A DNA stretch of 63,554 bases, the filler included, from Diploschistes diacapsis (Eukaryota), in the NCBI GenBank assembly GCA_023645945.1. It is 26 parts of 26 records of this genome, joined end to end, with 100 filler letters (N's around TTAATTAATTAA, not from the genome) between each part and the next. Parts side by side here need not be neighbours in the genome. Positions count along the whole stretch, not along the records: positions 23,919 to 24,953 come from JALAIB010004222.1; positions 25,054 to 26,087 come from JALAIB010004223.1; positions 26,188 to 27,220 come from JALAIB010004224.1; positions 27,321 to 28,353 come from JALAIB010004225.1; positions 28,454 to 29,486 come from JALAIB010004226.1; positions 29,587 to 30,619 come from JALAIB010004227.1; positions 30,720 to 31,751 come from JALAIB010004228.1; positions 31,852 to 32,883 come from JALAIB010004229.1; 18 more parts are not named here. One strand, given 5' to 3'. Below the pieces are notes generated by a model. That model had not been told where the DNA came from. It saw only the letters and a program-made list of their open reading frames with translations, and searched no databases. Made by a program: the position numbers and the translations under genes. Below, one piece after another: positions 23,919-35,354 of this stretch; the stretch's first letter is position 1, and the number at the start of each line of letters is the position of its first letter.

Positions 23919-24686
23919 GGATATTAAGATTTAGTTTAACTCTAAATCTAAATTTTCGAAATTACGAGGATACTTCGATACAGATTATAAGGGAAACAAG
24001 TTAGATCGAAAGTTTACGTATGGATATATTTTTTAATTATGCGGTAGATTAATATTTTAAATAAATAAGAAGCAAAGTTCAGTTTCAACGTCAATTATAG
24101 AAATTAAATATATTGATTTATTTTACGTCGTTAAATAAGCTTTATAATATGTATAGTTTTTAAAAGATATTAGTTATTCTAACCTTATAAGATTATTTCT
24201 ATATACTGTTAATTTATTTAATGATAATATTGGTTTTTTGGACTTAATAAAGTACGTAAGGATTAACGATCGTTCAAAATATATCGATATTATTTATCAT
24301 TACGTACGAGATCTAGTTAAGTAGGGACGTATTAAGATGTCTTATGTCTTTATCGATAAAATGGTTGTTGATAGATTTACGAAGTTATTGAATTACTCGA
24401 AGCATGACGCCTTTATTAAGGGACTCGGTTTAGTCTAAAAGATATCTAGTTGGACTATATAGTTATGCCGGACGATTCCGTTTATGGGGGAATGTTGAGC
24501 AGATAGGCAGAAGGTATGGCTGGGAGTTTAACTAAGTTTCAGAGGGAGGTTCAGTTCAGCTGAACCTTTTGGAATCCTAATTAGACCGGTTTAGGAATAA
24601 TGTAGGTAATAGGGCTTAGCGTATCCCATAAGGATAAAAGTCTGCAAAGTAGGATAACCTCCTAGATAGACCTCTAGACTTCAATA
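23919..24686 (+). mobile_element. Ty1/Copia 3' end: RNase H relic, PPT and 3' LTR (from 24493)
   Basis: Reads GYFDTDYKG...KKQSSVSTS...RSKYIDIIYHYVRDLV...MVVDRFTKLL, then the purine tract GGGGGAA and TGTTGAG. The LTR end (TCAATA at 24686) is tentative. Confidence 0.85.
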
Positions 24687-25271
24687 CATCCATTACGTTG
24701 CCAAACAAAAAGCTTAATTCTCAGATACTGGATATAAGAGCTTTCGTTAATCTCTCGAAAGTTAAACGACCCAAAAGCTTCGTTAAAGCGTTTATTAAAT
24801 TATCGCTTAAAAAAATTTATTTCAGAATAAACGTTCCGTCTTTATAAAACTTTCGAATATAATAATAATAAATCGAGATATGTTTATTACGATTTATCGT
24901 ACGTCTATTTTTTATAAGATTTATAAAGTTTTTATTATTAATATAAATAATAANNNNNNNNNNNNNNNNNNNNNNNNNNNNNNNNNNNNNNNNNNNNTTA
25001 ATTAATTAANNNNNNNNNNNNNNNNNNNNNNNNNNNNNNNNNNNNNNNNNNNNTCCATCCTCAGATCTTATAGACGATGAACAATAATAAAAGATAAAAA
25101 AAATATTAAACAAAAGATTAAAAGCTAAGGTCCTATAATATAAAGTATAATAAAAAGGCTAACCGCCAAAATATAATAATTAGATATTAATAAACTGGCT
25201 TAAGAATACCACGAGCATGCTCGAAAACTATAAAACAATTCATTTATAATCTAAAAGAAAACTAAAGCGAT

Positions 25272-25441
25272 TGTAACAGCGGGGGTAGTGCCTAATAGGT
25301 AGCGCTATCCCACTGAGTCAAAATACTGAACACAATGCTTTCAGGAACCCCGAAGCACTGTTTCCCTATTACACTATATGTAGGTGCGTGGCTGTGGCAG
25401 CAGGGGGATCTGAACCCCAGGGCGCACCTTTGGGCGTTACA
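25272..25441 (+). mobile_element. 170-bp solo LTR (family 1) with 5-bp TSD GCGAT
   Basis: TGTAAC...GTTACA termini with GCGAT on both sides. Confidence 0.92.
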
Positions 25442-25963
25442 GCGATATTAAATAATATTATATTATTATTAATAAAGACCTAATGCGAGCTTGATTATTA
25501 ACAGGTATATACATTCTAAATTAATAAAAAGAAATATTAATATCTTAAATCCTATTTCTAGTATATATAATAAATCTTATTCTTTTATCAGGCCTATCTT
25601 CCTGTCCTTCTCTAGATACGCGAGAAACATAACCCTACGGATAAACGAGCTTATCAATAAAAGGCGAGAACGCACGTATCGTAAAAACAATAAGCGTTTT
25701 AAAGCGTCGTGAAGCGACAAAACGTTTAAAAGAACGTTCCCGGTATTACATTAATATAATAATAAAGTATAGATTATCGATTATGTTTTTTTGAATTTCG
25801 AGCATGGTTTATTTTTATTTTTATATTTCCGCCAGTTTTAACGTAATTATATCGATTAATTCGAATATCGTATACTTTATACGAGAAAAAGTGTTATTAA
25901 TAATATTTTTATTAATAATAATAAAGGAATTCGTTATTTTTACGAAAATAACGGGTTTCTTAT

Positions 25964-26087
25964 TGTTATGATCTCTATCTATACAAGGTATACACGAGTA
26001 GGATCAAGGTGGGTTTGGTCTCTGTTAGAAGAGGAGTGTGGCAGGAGAAGAAGATAGAGCAGTTATAGGTCTTGGACTGTCTCTAGA
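25964..26087 (-). mobile_element. LTR family 2 outer terminus (TGTTATGATCTCTATCTATACAAGG...)
   Basis: Near-identical termini start at 52055, 53966, 56108 and 58675, each with a different flank. Confidence 0.85.
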
Positions 26088-26479
26088 NNNNNNNNNNNNN
26101 NNNNNNNNNNNNNNNNNNNNNNNNNNNNNNNTTAATTAATTAANNNNNNNNNNNNNNNNNNNNNNNNNNNNNNNNNNNNNNNNNNNNTAACGATATAGAT
26201 CGAATTAACCATCTAACTTATTTTAATAAATAAAGAAAAGACCATAAAGGTAATTCTAAAAAACCAGAACAAGAAAAAGAAAAATAATTATAAGATCAAA
26301 CGAATAATATATTAAAAGTCGGACAAGCGGCGCTCAGGGTCTCGGCTTGCTGGTACTTAAAAAGAGATTTTGCCCTTCGTACTCTCCTCTCTTCTTTAAT
26401 AATTAGTCCTAGCATGAACCTGCCCTGCGTACAGCCATCTTAACACATTGTCGTATTCTACCCCTTGCAATTTTAGATA

Positions 26480-26790
26480 TATAAGGTTCCTCGTACGACG
26501 CTTATTGCTCGACGCGATGGTCCTACTTCAAGACACGATATTTTAATTAACTTAATAAATTTAATTCTATTAAAAGAAGAGACGATTCTTAAACGTACGA
26601 TTAATTTAATCGAATATAGTTTTTCGCCGCGATAAGACGACATACGCGATATGACCAATTTAATACGCGTAGCTCGAAATACGCCGCCAGTCGGATTACG
26701 ATAGGTATAAAATTTCGTACGATGGTAAGAAATGCTTAAAATACGTTATTAAAAAGTATTAACTAAAGATTTATGAATCGTATGAAACTG
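26480..26790 (+). pseudogene. Fot1/pogo transposase N-terminal HTH (CENP-B/Tc5-type), RIP-damaged
   Basis: Reads YKVPRTTLIARRDG...FSPR*DDIRDMTNLIR...PPVGLR*V*NFVR. Confidence 0.75.
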
Positions 26791-26830
26791 ATTCGACCTC
26801 GTACGTAACGTAATTAATAAATATGGTACC

Positions 26831-26993
26831 TGTAAGGCCTGCGGGGTTACACATCTGCCACCTACTGCCACAGCCACGCACCTACATATTGTGTAATAGG
26901 GAAACAGTGCTTCGGGGTTCCTGAAAGCATTGTGGCTAGTTTTTTGGCTCAGTGAGATAGCGTTATTTATTAGGTACTACCCCCGCTGTTACT
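26831..26993 (-). mobile_element. Family 1 solo LTR variant, reverse orientation
   Basis: Reverse complement of the 170-bp LTR over most of its length, with a divergent far end. Flanks are GTACC and GTATC. Confidence 0.8.
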
Positions 26994-27320
26994 GTATCCT
27001 CGATTTGAATATTTAAAATTTCGACGAAATCGGCTTTTTTATAGGAATATTAGGCTATATAAAGATCGTAATTACTTTAGATCGTAAAGATAGACTTCGT
27101 ACGAAGTAACCCGGTAATCAAGAATAGGTTTTTGTTATTTAAATTATTTACGTGGACGATTATACGTTGAATGATAATTCTTAAAACCGAAATCAAGATA
27201 TTTCGTATAACGAATAAAATNNNNNNNNNNNNNNNNNNNNNNNNNNNNNNNNNNNNNNNNNNNNTTAATTAATTAANNNNNNNNNNNNNNNNNNNNNNNN
27301 NNNNNNNNNNNNNNNNNNNN

Positions 27321-28140
27321 AACTTAATCCGAATATTAAAGTTACGTTAGGAAGCTCGCCGGCATAAAGAAAAGCGGAATTAAAAAAAATAAGTTCAACC
27401 GCAGAAATAGTATTGAACGACGAGTATTTTAATCTTATTATCCTAAAATTTTTATAAATATTTAGAAGGGAACGTTTTACGAAAGAACGGAAATAAACCC
27501 TAAATATAGGCAAGTAATTTATTAAAAAAGAAAGAATCTTATTAATAAAAGTATTATCAAATCGGGAAGCAACTCTAACCTAAGATTTCTCTCATATAGG
27601 ACGTATACGTCCAGAGATTGCGCCGCTTTAAGAAATAAACACCATCGATCACGAAACATGGTAAATAAAACCCTTTTATATTCCAAAAGCCCTGGAGCCG
27701 GTAGTGATAAAGATGCTTCAAGAACGAATCGATGCTGGGGTATTGGAATACTGCCAAGGACCGTACAGGAATCCATGGTTTTTGGTGGCCAAGACTGATC
27801 TTTCAAGCTTGCGGAACTAGATGGAACTAACCTCGCTGGAACCTTTGCAGGCAGAAGGCTGAAAGCCTTTGTTGTTGATCCTAGGGAAGATGTGGTAGTA
27901 CCGGATTCTGGAGCGACGGTCGAAGAGGATGAGGATGGATCTGTAGGAGAAGTGTCGGGAGGACACACTGACGAGGATCCTGAAGATAAAGTCCCCCCAA
28001 ATCCCCGGAGAAAGTATATACCTACAGGAAGAAACTTCGCGGTAATAATATAGGAGATGAAACCTCCTAATAATAAGAAGGAGAGAAAGGTCTAATTAAA
28101 TTCTTAATAAATATTCTATAAATTCGGGAAGGGAGGGACA
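27321..28140 (+). mobile_element. Internally deleted Ty3/Gypsy element: RT start joined to integrase tail, then PPT
   Basis: MLQERIDAGVLEYCQGPYRNPWFLVAK is followed within a few bases by FKLAELDGTNLAGTFAGRRLKAF. The purine tract GGGAAGGGAGGGA lies at ~28126-28138. Confidence 0.7.
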
Positions 28141-30719
28141 CTAAAAAATTTTCTTTATAATATTTTTTTCATTTCCGCGTCGAATATTTTATAATTTTAT
28201 ATATTAATTTTTATAACGTGTTTAACGGGGAACCGGGCCACCCCCAGAAGTGGGCCACCTCAAATTACTACCGCCAACATTCTACGGTTTTTAGATATAA
28301 CCTGTTCGTCGCAATTAGAATCTAATCGATCTAAATCGAATCTATCTTCTTCANNNNNNNNNNNNNNNNNNNNNNNNNNNNNNNNNNNNNNNNNNNNTTA
28401 ATTAATTAANNNNNNNNNNNNNNNNNNNNNNNNNNNNNNNNNNNNNNNNNNNNATAACGTGTTTCACGGGGATTCCGGCCACCCCCAGATTCCGGCCACC
28501 TCAAATCACTACCGCCAACATTCTACGGTTTTTAAATACAACTTATTCGTCGGAATCAAAATCTAATCGATTTAAATCGAATCTATCTTCCTCCTCTTCA
28601 TCCTTCTCGATTTTAAAAACGCGACGACGTTATTTACGCGTTATAGATCGTTTTAAAATTATCTAACTCGATTTAACCCGAATTATTATCTTAAGAATTT
28701 CGTCTATACTAAACATAAAATGATTTTTTAATTCGATTCGTTTATTTAATTTACGTTTTTTACGATTATTAAAAAGCGTTTTTTGCTTTCGGTTTTCTTT
28801 ACGAAGCGTTATGAATTTAATATACATCGATTTAAACATACGGGTTATTCGATTCGAATAACGTCGAATCGAATTAGTTAGTTCTAAAACGGCTCGCAAC
28901 GTCTAATTAAACTTTTTATTAATTTTTCGTAGTTCGGTCGCATTTAATAAAAAGTTATATAATAAGAATAAATCTAAATCGAATTGATTCGAGGTTAAAA
29001 AAAGGCTATAAAATAGAAATAAAGGGGTTCGATATATCGAATAAAGCTTATTAAACACGATTATAAAATTAAATCATTATAAGTTAATATTTATTAATTT
29101 TATTTAAACGTTTCGATTTATAATAACTCGATTTCGAATTATTAAAAATAATTCAATCTATTTCGAACGTACTATACGCGATTTATTTAATCGAATAATA
29201 TAATCCGTTTATTACGAAAAGTTTTTGGCGGCGAAATACCGCGAAAATCCGCAAAGTTGGCGAAACTGGCGAAAACTGGCGAAGATGGCGAGGCCAAGCA
29301 TTTTTTTACTAATATATTACGTAAGCCAAAAAAATTCATAATTATAATATAATACTAATAATATTAATAATAATAATAATTAATTAATGATTATATAATC
29401 ATAATTATATAATTATATAATTATTATTATTATATTATAAAGTATTTTCGCTAAGTTAATATATTCTTGATAATATTCGAATTAATNNNNNNNNNNNNNN
29501 NNNNNNNNNNNNNNNNNNNNNNNNNNNNNNTTAATTAATTAANNNNNNNNNNNNNNNNNNNNNNNNNNNNNNNNNNNNNNNNNNNNCCCGTATGCTTAAA
29601 TTGACGTATACTAAACTCATAACGCTTCGTAAAGAAAATCGAAAATAAAAACGCTTCTTAATAATCGTAAAAAACGTAAATCAAATAAACGAATCGAATT
29701 AAAAGATCGTTTTATATTTAGTATAAACGAAGTTCTTAAAATAATAATTCGAGTTAAATTTAGTCGGATAATTTCGAAACGATTTATAACGCGTAAAAAA
29801 CGTCGTCGCATTTCTGAAATCGAGAAGGATAAAGAAGAAGAAGATAGATTCGATTTAGATCGATTAGATTTTGATTGCGACGAATAGGTTATATTTAAAA
29901 ACCGTAGAATGTTAGCGGTAGTAATTTGAGGTGGCCGGACTCTGGGGGTGGCCGGACTCACCTTCAAACATGTTATATAAGATTCGAGTATTATTAATTT
30001 CGGATATATAGAAAACGACTAAATATATTAAAAACATCCTAAGTCCGTTAAATAAAAATATTATAATAAAAACGGAACAATCTATTCTTATAATAAATAA
30101 ACTAACGACTTTTAATATAAACTTACGACGTATTCGATTAAATATTACACCGGATTTAATCATCCCGGTCGACCTTAACCTACTTATAGAAAAAGATGAA
30201 ACGCGCAGATCGATAATTTCTAACAGATAGCTTTCTCTATCAACGACTAGAGATTCCTCGGTATTTAACGAAAACGTTAAGCTAACTAACCCCATAACCA
30301 TCAAGCTTAAGCAGAAGACCCTAGTATTAGAACTGTCATTTTCGGCAATCCTCCCCCACCTATCACGCCTATACGAGTTATCATAAAAGCCAGACGAATG
30401 ACCCTCGCCAATTAAAAGATATAAAACTACAATTATAAGTAAGAAAAGAAGTTACATATTATTCTAAACTAAAGGTATCTTATTTAAAAGAAGATTCTAT
30501 AATAATATAAAAGCTTTATTTCTAAAAATCGTGAACGCTCTCTTTATTTTCGGTATTTAAGGGCTATATACGGAGCCATGGGGCTCAAGAATAGGTAAAG
30601 AAATAGAATTATTTTAATANNNNNNNNNNNNNNNNNNNNNNNNNNNNNNNNNNNNNNNNNNNNTTAATTAATTAANNNNNNNNNNNNNNNNNNNNNNNNN
30701 NNNNNNNNNNNNNNNNNNN

Positions 30720-31751
30720 ATATATAATTATTTAATAACGAGATACTGAACGATATTAAAAGATTAAGAATCTTAAGAAAGAATCCTTAGCTAAAAGAGG
30801 AGAATAAGGTTTATTTATACACGAATAATTTTAGAACACGTAGACCCTTTAAGAAGCTCGATTACGTTAAAGTCGAACCTTTCTTTATCGATAAATAACC
30901 CGTTATACCGAACGAAACTAAACGAGTCAATTATCGATTTAAGTTATTAAAGGACGCGAAAGTTTATCTAATGTTCTATTCTCGATATCTCGAATCAGTA
31001 TATCTAAATATATTAATAAAAAAATGATTAGGCTCGCTATTTTCGCCAGCTTTCGCCAGTTTCGTCAGTTTCGTTAGTTTCGTCGGTTTCGCCGGTTTCG
31101 CCGGTTTCGCCGTATTTCGTCAAAGTTTTTAACGAAAGTTGGCGAGTCGCTTAAACGTATTATCTATCGTTCACCTCGTCGGTTTCGTTAGTTTCATTAA
31201 CCTCGCGGATTTTCGCGGTATTTCGCCGCTAAAAACTTTTCGTGATATAATTAAAATATAAATAATTAAATTAAATTATTATTATAAACCGAATATTATT
31301 TTAATAACAGATATAAAGAAATTAGAAAGATTTAAAACACATAATCACTTAATAACGAGACATTGAATAATGTTTAAAGATTTAGAATCTTAAAGAAAAA
31401 TCTTTAATTAAAGAAGGACGATAAGGTCTATTTATATATAAATAACTTTAGAACACGTAGACTTTCTAAAAAGCTAGATCACGTCAAAATCGGACCCTTT
31501 TTAATCGATAAATAACCCGTTATATCAAACGAAACTAAACGAGTCAGCTATCGACTTAAGTTATTAAAAGATGTTAAAGTTTATCTAGTATTTTCTTTTA
31601 AATATCTCGAACTAGTATATCTAGATATACCGTTACAAGAAACCTTTTATTTCGAATCAGATAACGAAAACGAGTACGAAGTCGAAGCAGTGGTGCATTA
31701 TAAAGATAACAAGTATTTAATTAAATGGAAAGGTTATCTAGAATCGGATAT
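30720..31751 (+). mobile_element. Gypsy chromovirus integrase tail (SH3-like plus chromodomain), two copies flanking a family C fragment
   Basis: KVYLYTNNFRTRRPFKKLDYVKVEPF appears twice, then ENEYEVEAVVHYKDNKYLIKWKGYLESD (chromodomain). A related copy lies on the minus strand at ~58140-58572. Confidence 0.85.
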
Positions 31752-32350
31752 NNNNNNNNNNNNNNNNNNNNNNNNNNNNNNNNNNNNNNNNNNNNTTAAT
31801 TAATTAANNNNNNNNNNNNNNNNNNNNNNNNNNNNNNNNNNNNNNNNNNNNATATAGATTATAACATCCGACGGCTGGTGGAGGAAGGATATGGAATTAA
31901 TATCATTTAAAAATCCGTTTTTATTAATTATAAGTAGAAAGATGACTATATATAATTCTTGTTAGGTATATATCGGAGAATCTAGGACTGATAATATAAA
32001 TTATAACGTAAATAAAAGGTAAAAGAGATCGTGTTAAAGGATGGCCTTATATATACCGTCGATAATAAGAAATGGATTATTTAGGATGAGAAGGATATTA
32101 AGATGAAGTTCGTATTTCAATTTTATGATAGAGACGACGTCAGGATTTCTAGACCGGAGTTATTTTATAAAGCATAGAAGTCTAAACGCGTAAGGAGGAC
32201 TATCTTATTTTAGTATGTCGGAGTTTAGTAAAACTATTTTTAGCTTAATATTGCTGTTTTTAATACATAGGAGTAGCTGTCGGCGGCATATCGTGATCTA
32301 GTATTTAATTTTTTTTCGTTTTTTGGCTTTTATAATATGTATGGAGGGAT

Positions 32351-32860
32351 TAGGCTGGCCGTCACTAACACTGACACGGCCGTGTCAGTGACACGGATAC
32401 TGATAGTGTCAATGTCCGTGTTTTAGATTTTTTAGCTACGGTATCCGTGTCCGTAGATTCACGAAAATGCAGTGTCCGTGTTAGTATTAATATTTTAAAA
32501 TTTTTAATTATAGTATCCGTATCCGTGTTTTTATTATAATATAATATTCGTGTCAGTATTCGTGTCGAGAAAATTTTAGCTGCGGTATCCGTGTTCGTGT
32601 TTTTATTATAATATAGTATTCGTGTTAATATCCGTGCCGAGAAAATTTTAATTGCGGTATCCGTATTCGTGTTTTTATTATAATATAATATTCGTGTTAA
32701 TATTCGTATCGAGAAAATTTTAATTACGATGTCCGTGTCCGTACTTTTATTATAATATAGTATCCGTGTTAATATTCGTGTTAAGAAATATTTAGTTACG
32801 GTATCCGTATTCGTGAATGTATTACGATACAATATCCGTGACTTCGTGTTTATAAAAAAA
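32351..32860. mobile_element. hAT-like family D terminus with 72-bp tandem subterminal repeats; second copy 60883-61296
   Basis: Starts (T/C)AGGC(T/A)GGCCGTCACT. A perfect 22-bp palindrome lies at 32369-32390, followed by ~6 units of 72 bp rich in GTGTCCGTG. Confidence 0.6.
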
Positions 32861-33406
32861 TGGCCGAGAATGTAGCGATAAATNNNNNNNNNNNNNNNNN
32901 NNNNNNNNNNNNNNNNNNNNNNNNNNNTTAATTAATTAANNNNNNNNNNNNNNNNNNNNNNNNNNNNNNNNNNNNNNNNNNNNGGGGACCTCTTGGTGGG
33001 TCGGTGAAGGTTGGTTATTGTAATGCCGCTGGATCTGAATAGTATGCTGGTCTTTGGGGTTGGCGTGTGAGAAAGTAGATAAAGTTTGGCCGTTTGCGAG
33101 CAAAAGGGAACTTGAAATGTGGTCTCGCGTATATATATCAGTTTAAGTTCAATACTATACTGGCAGGCAGAAAGTTAAAGTAAATCCCGTGACTTAAGAG
33201 GGCGGGTGCTTCGCCAAGCAAGGGTTGGGATATCTTGGTTTAGGCGAGCTCTGTCCTTTGATGGCCTGTCAACTCTTTATCAAACCTATGATCAAGCCCT
33301 TTTAACTTCAGAGTCAATCCGATAATTCTACGACTAGAGCACAAGCCGTCTCAGTGAAAGCCTGTCTCTCGAAACCACTATCTTTATCCTCCCTTACGGA
33401 GTCGCC

Positions 33407-33705
33407 ATGTCTCAAGCGCAACGCGAAGCATACGTTGCCCCCACCACCACCACCAACTTCGATGCTACGGGCGGCTCTAACTTCAACTCGGATGCTCTCG
33501 AACCGCTTACACAATACCTCTGCGGCGAATGCTCGGCCAAGGTACAGCTGAAGAAAGGGGACCCTATTCGTTGCAAGGAATGCGGGCATCGGATCTTGTA
33601 CAAGGAAAGGACAAAGCGGTAGGCTTGATTACAAATAGAGCGATATGAGGTTAAGGGAGGAAGGTGCTGATGCTTTCTAGGATGGTGCAGTTTGAAGCAC
33701 GATGA
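33407..33705 (+). CDS. RPB12: RNA polymerase I/II/III shared subunit RPABC4; exons 33407-33618 and 33681-33705, 78 aa
   Basis: Reads [42 protein letters not shown], with a GT-AG intron and CTGAT branch site. Confidence 0.97.
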
Positions 33706-33918
33706 TTAAAAAATATGGCTTACCAGGTCGATTTGGTAGTTACCAGAATGTGAATGAAGTTCGATAGCCTATCTACGATGGTATCGGCAGCACATTGAGA
33801 AGGCCGCTTTATCTTGTGTCGTGGTTCAAGCATGGCGTTGGTGGCACCTTGGATTAGTCCTTGTTGTGAGAGTTGCGACTGAACTTGCAATCTAAAGTTC
33901 TGTGAATTATTTGGGGTA

Positions 33919-35223
33919 TCAAGAGCTCTTCGTGAAATCTATATACTCTTCCAAGGACTTCATAGCAGCACCACTCTCGACAGCCCATCTCGCTCGCCTA
34001 ACACCCTCCTTCCAACGACCTCCACTCGGTCCAGTCTCTGTTATCACAGCGCCCGAATCGCCTTCACCCATTTGCGATGTGTTCGCATCGCAGAGACCAG
34101 AAACTACGAGCAAGGCTGCCGTGTTGATGAGCACAAAATGTAGCACAGGGTCGTCCGGAGGAAGCTCGTTCTTCAGCAGCTTCATCAGGATCCGGGCATT
34201 TTCTGACGACATTTGTCCGGGCAAGACCTCGCTCAGCGGATGAGCAGGAAGCCCAAAGTCTTCGGGCTCCAGTTGGAATTCTTCTATCTCGACTAGCGTT
34301 CGTGGTGGAGCGTCATCATCGCTTGTGGTGTAATCTTCGTCTTCCTGACTCATTGGGCCACGAAACTCTGGGTTCTCTCTTTCTTTCAGGCGCCAGCAGA
34401 AGGTCTTTCCAGCGCAACTTATTTCGTCCAGATTTTCTGCCCCGCAGACAACGAGACTTTTCTTTGCACCGTTCATCTTCAGCGCCTCTACGTACATGCG
34501 TCCGAGCCCTTTGTGTGCTACTCCACAGACTCGAGCCTCAATCACGTGGTCTGCAGGGTTAGCCAGAGGTCCCAGTATGTTGAAGATGGTTCGGAATCCC
34601 AGGTCTTTGCGAATAGGTGCAACATGCCTCATTCCTGGATGGAATATCGGGCTAAACATGAAAGCATAGTTTCCATTCTCAAAGGCTCTTGGTAAGTTTT
34701 TCGCTGTAACTGCCTCGATGATAGGAGCCTCTGGCTCAATAGCTTGAAGCATGTCTGCAGCTCCGGACTTGGAGGAAGCGGACTTTGCACCATGCTTGCA
34801 AACCAGCAGCAGTGACGACGCTATGATAGACGCCGTAGTGGAGACGTTGAAGGTAGAGTGCCCGTCCCCTCCAGTCCCGACGAGGTCACATAAGCCCCCT
34901 GCGTAAGAACCTGCTTTCCTACTCCTTTTCCGGATAACTGCGCGAAGAGCCTGGCGATCAACCTGTGCACAGGCATTACGCATTTGGGTAGCGCATTTTG
35001 CGACCACCTCTGGATCTGCAGCTCGGCCTGTCGATTGGAGAAGTGTAAGGAGACTAGCACACTGTGCGGTTGATAATCGGTTTTCGAATATCAGCGCAAG
35101 ACCAGCGGCGATTTCCGTCGGGGTAGCAGAGCCATGCGAGGGATCTAAGAGCTTTTGCAGCAGAGGCGTGATAGAAATGGGTTGAGAATTTGCCATTCTG
35201 CCCTCGACAGCCATGCGGGCCAT
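33919..35223 (-). CDS. TRP4: Anthranilate phosphoribosyltransferase
   Basis: Motifs DLVGTGGDGHSTFNVST, KHGAKSASSKSGAAD, FHPGMRHVAPIRKDLGFRTIFNILGPLANP and LDEIS. The start could be 35223, 35214 or 35196. Confidence 0.96.
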   Translation of the reverse strand: MARMAVEGRMANSQPISITPLLQKLLDPSHGSATPTEIAAGLALIFENRLSTAQCASLLTLLQSTGRAADPEVVAKCATQMRNACAQVDRQALRAVIRKRSRKAGSYAGGLCDLVGTGGDGHSTFNVSTTASIIASSLLLVCKHGAKSASSKSGAADMLQAIEPEAPIIEAVTAKNLPRAFENGNYAFMFSPIFHPGMRHVAPIRKDLGFRTIFNILGPLANPADHVIEARVCGVAHKGLGRMYVEALKMNGAKKSLVVCGAENLDEISCAGKTFCWRLKERENPEFRGPMSQEDEDYTTSDDDAPPRTLVEIEEFQLEPEDFGLPAHPLSEVLPGQMSSENARILMKLLKNELPPDDPVLHFVLINTAALLVVSGLCDANTSQMGEGDSGAVITETGPSGGRWKEGVRRARWAVESGAAMKSLEEYIDFTKSS

Positions 35224-35354
35224 TGAGAGGAGTTGTTGGAGCTCCCTGTAATGCCGAATAAAATACCGCTAACCTTGAAGGTCGCGTGTAATGAACCTTT
35301 TGATTGAGCTTCTTGCCGCAGCTTCAAGATTTTTCATTCCTGTTCCATGCTACA

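Noticed and set aside
32365..32832. 155-aa ORF with 24-aa repeats, and a CRISPR-like appearance
   Set aside because: It is the translation of a 72-bp tandem subterminal repeat with no unique spacers, in a eukaryotic TE context with no cas genes.
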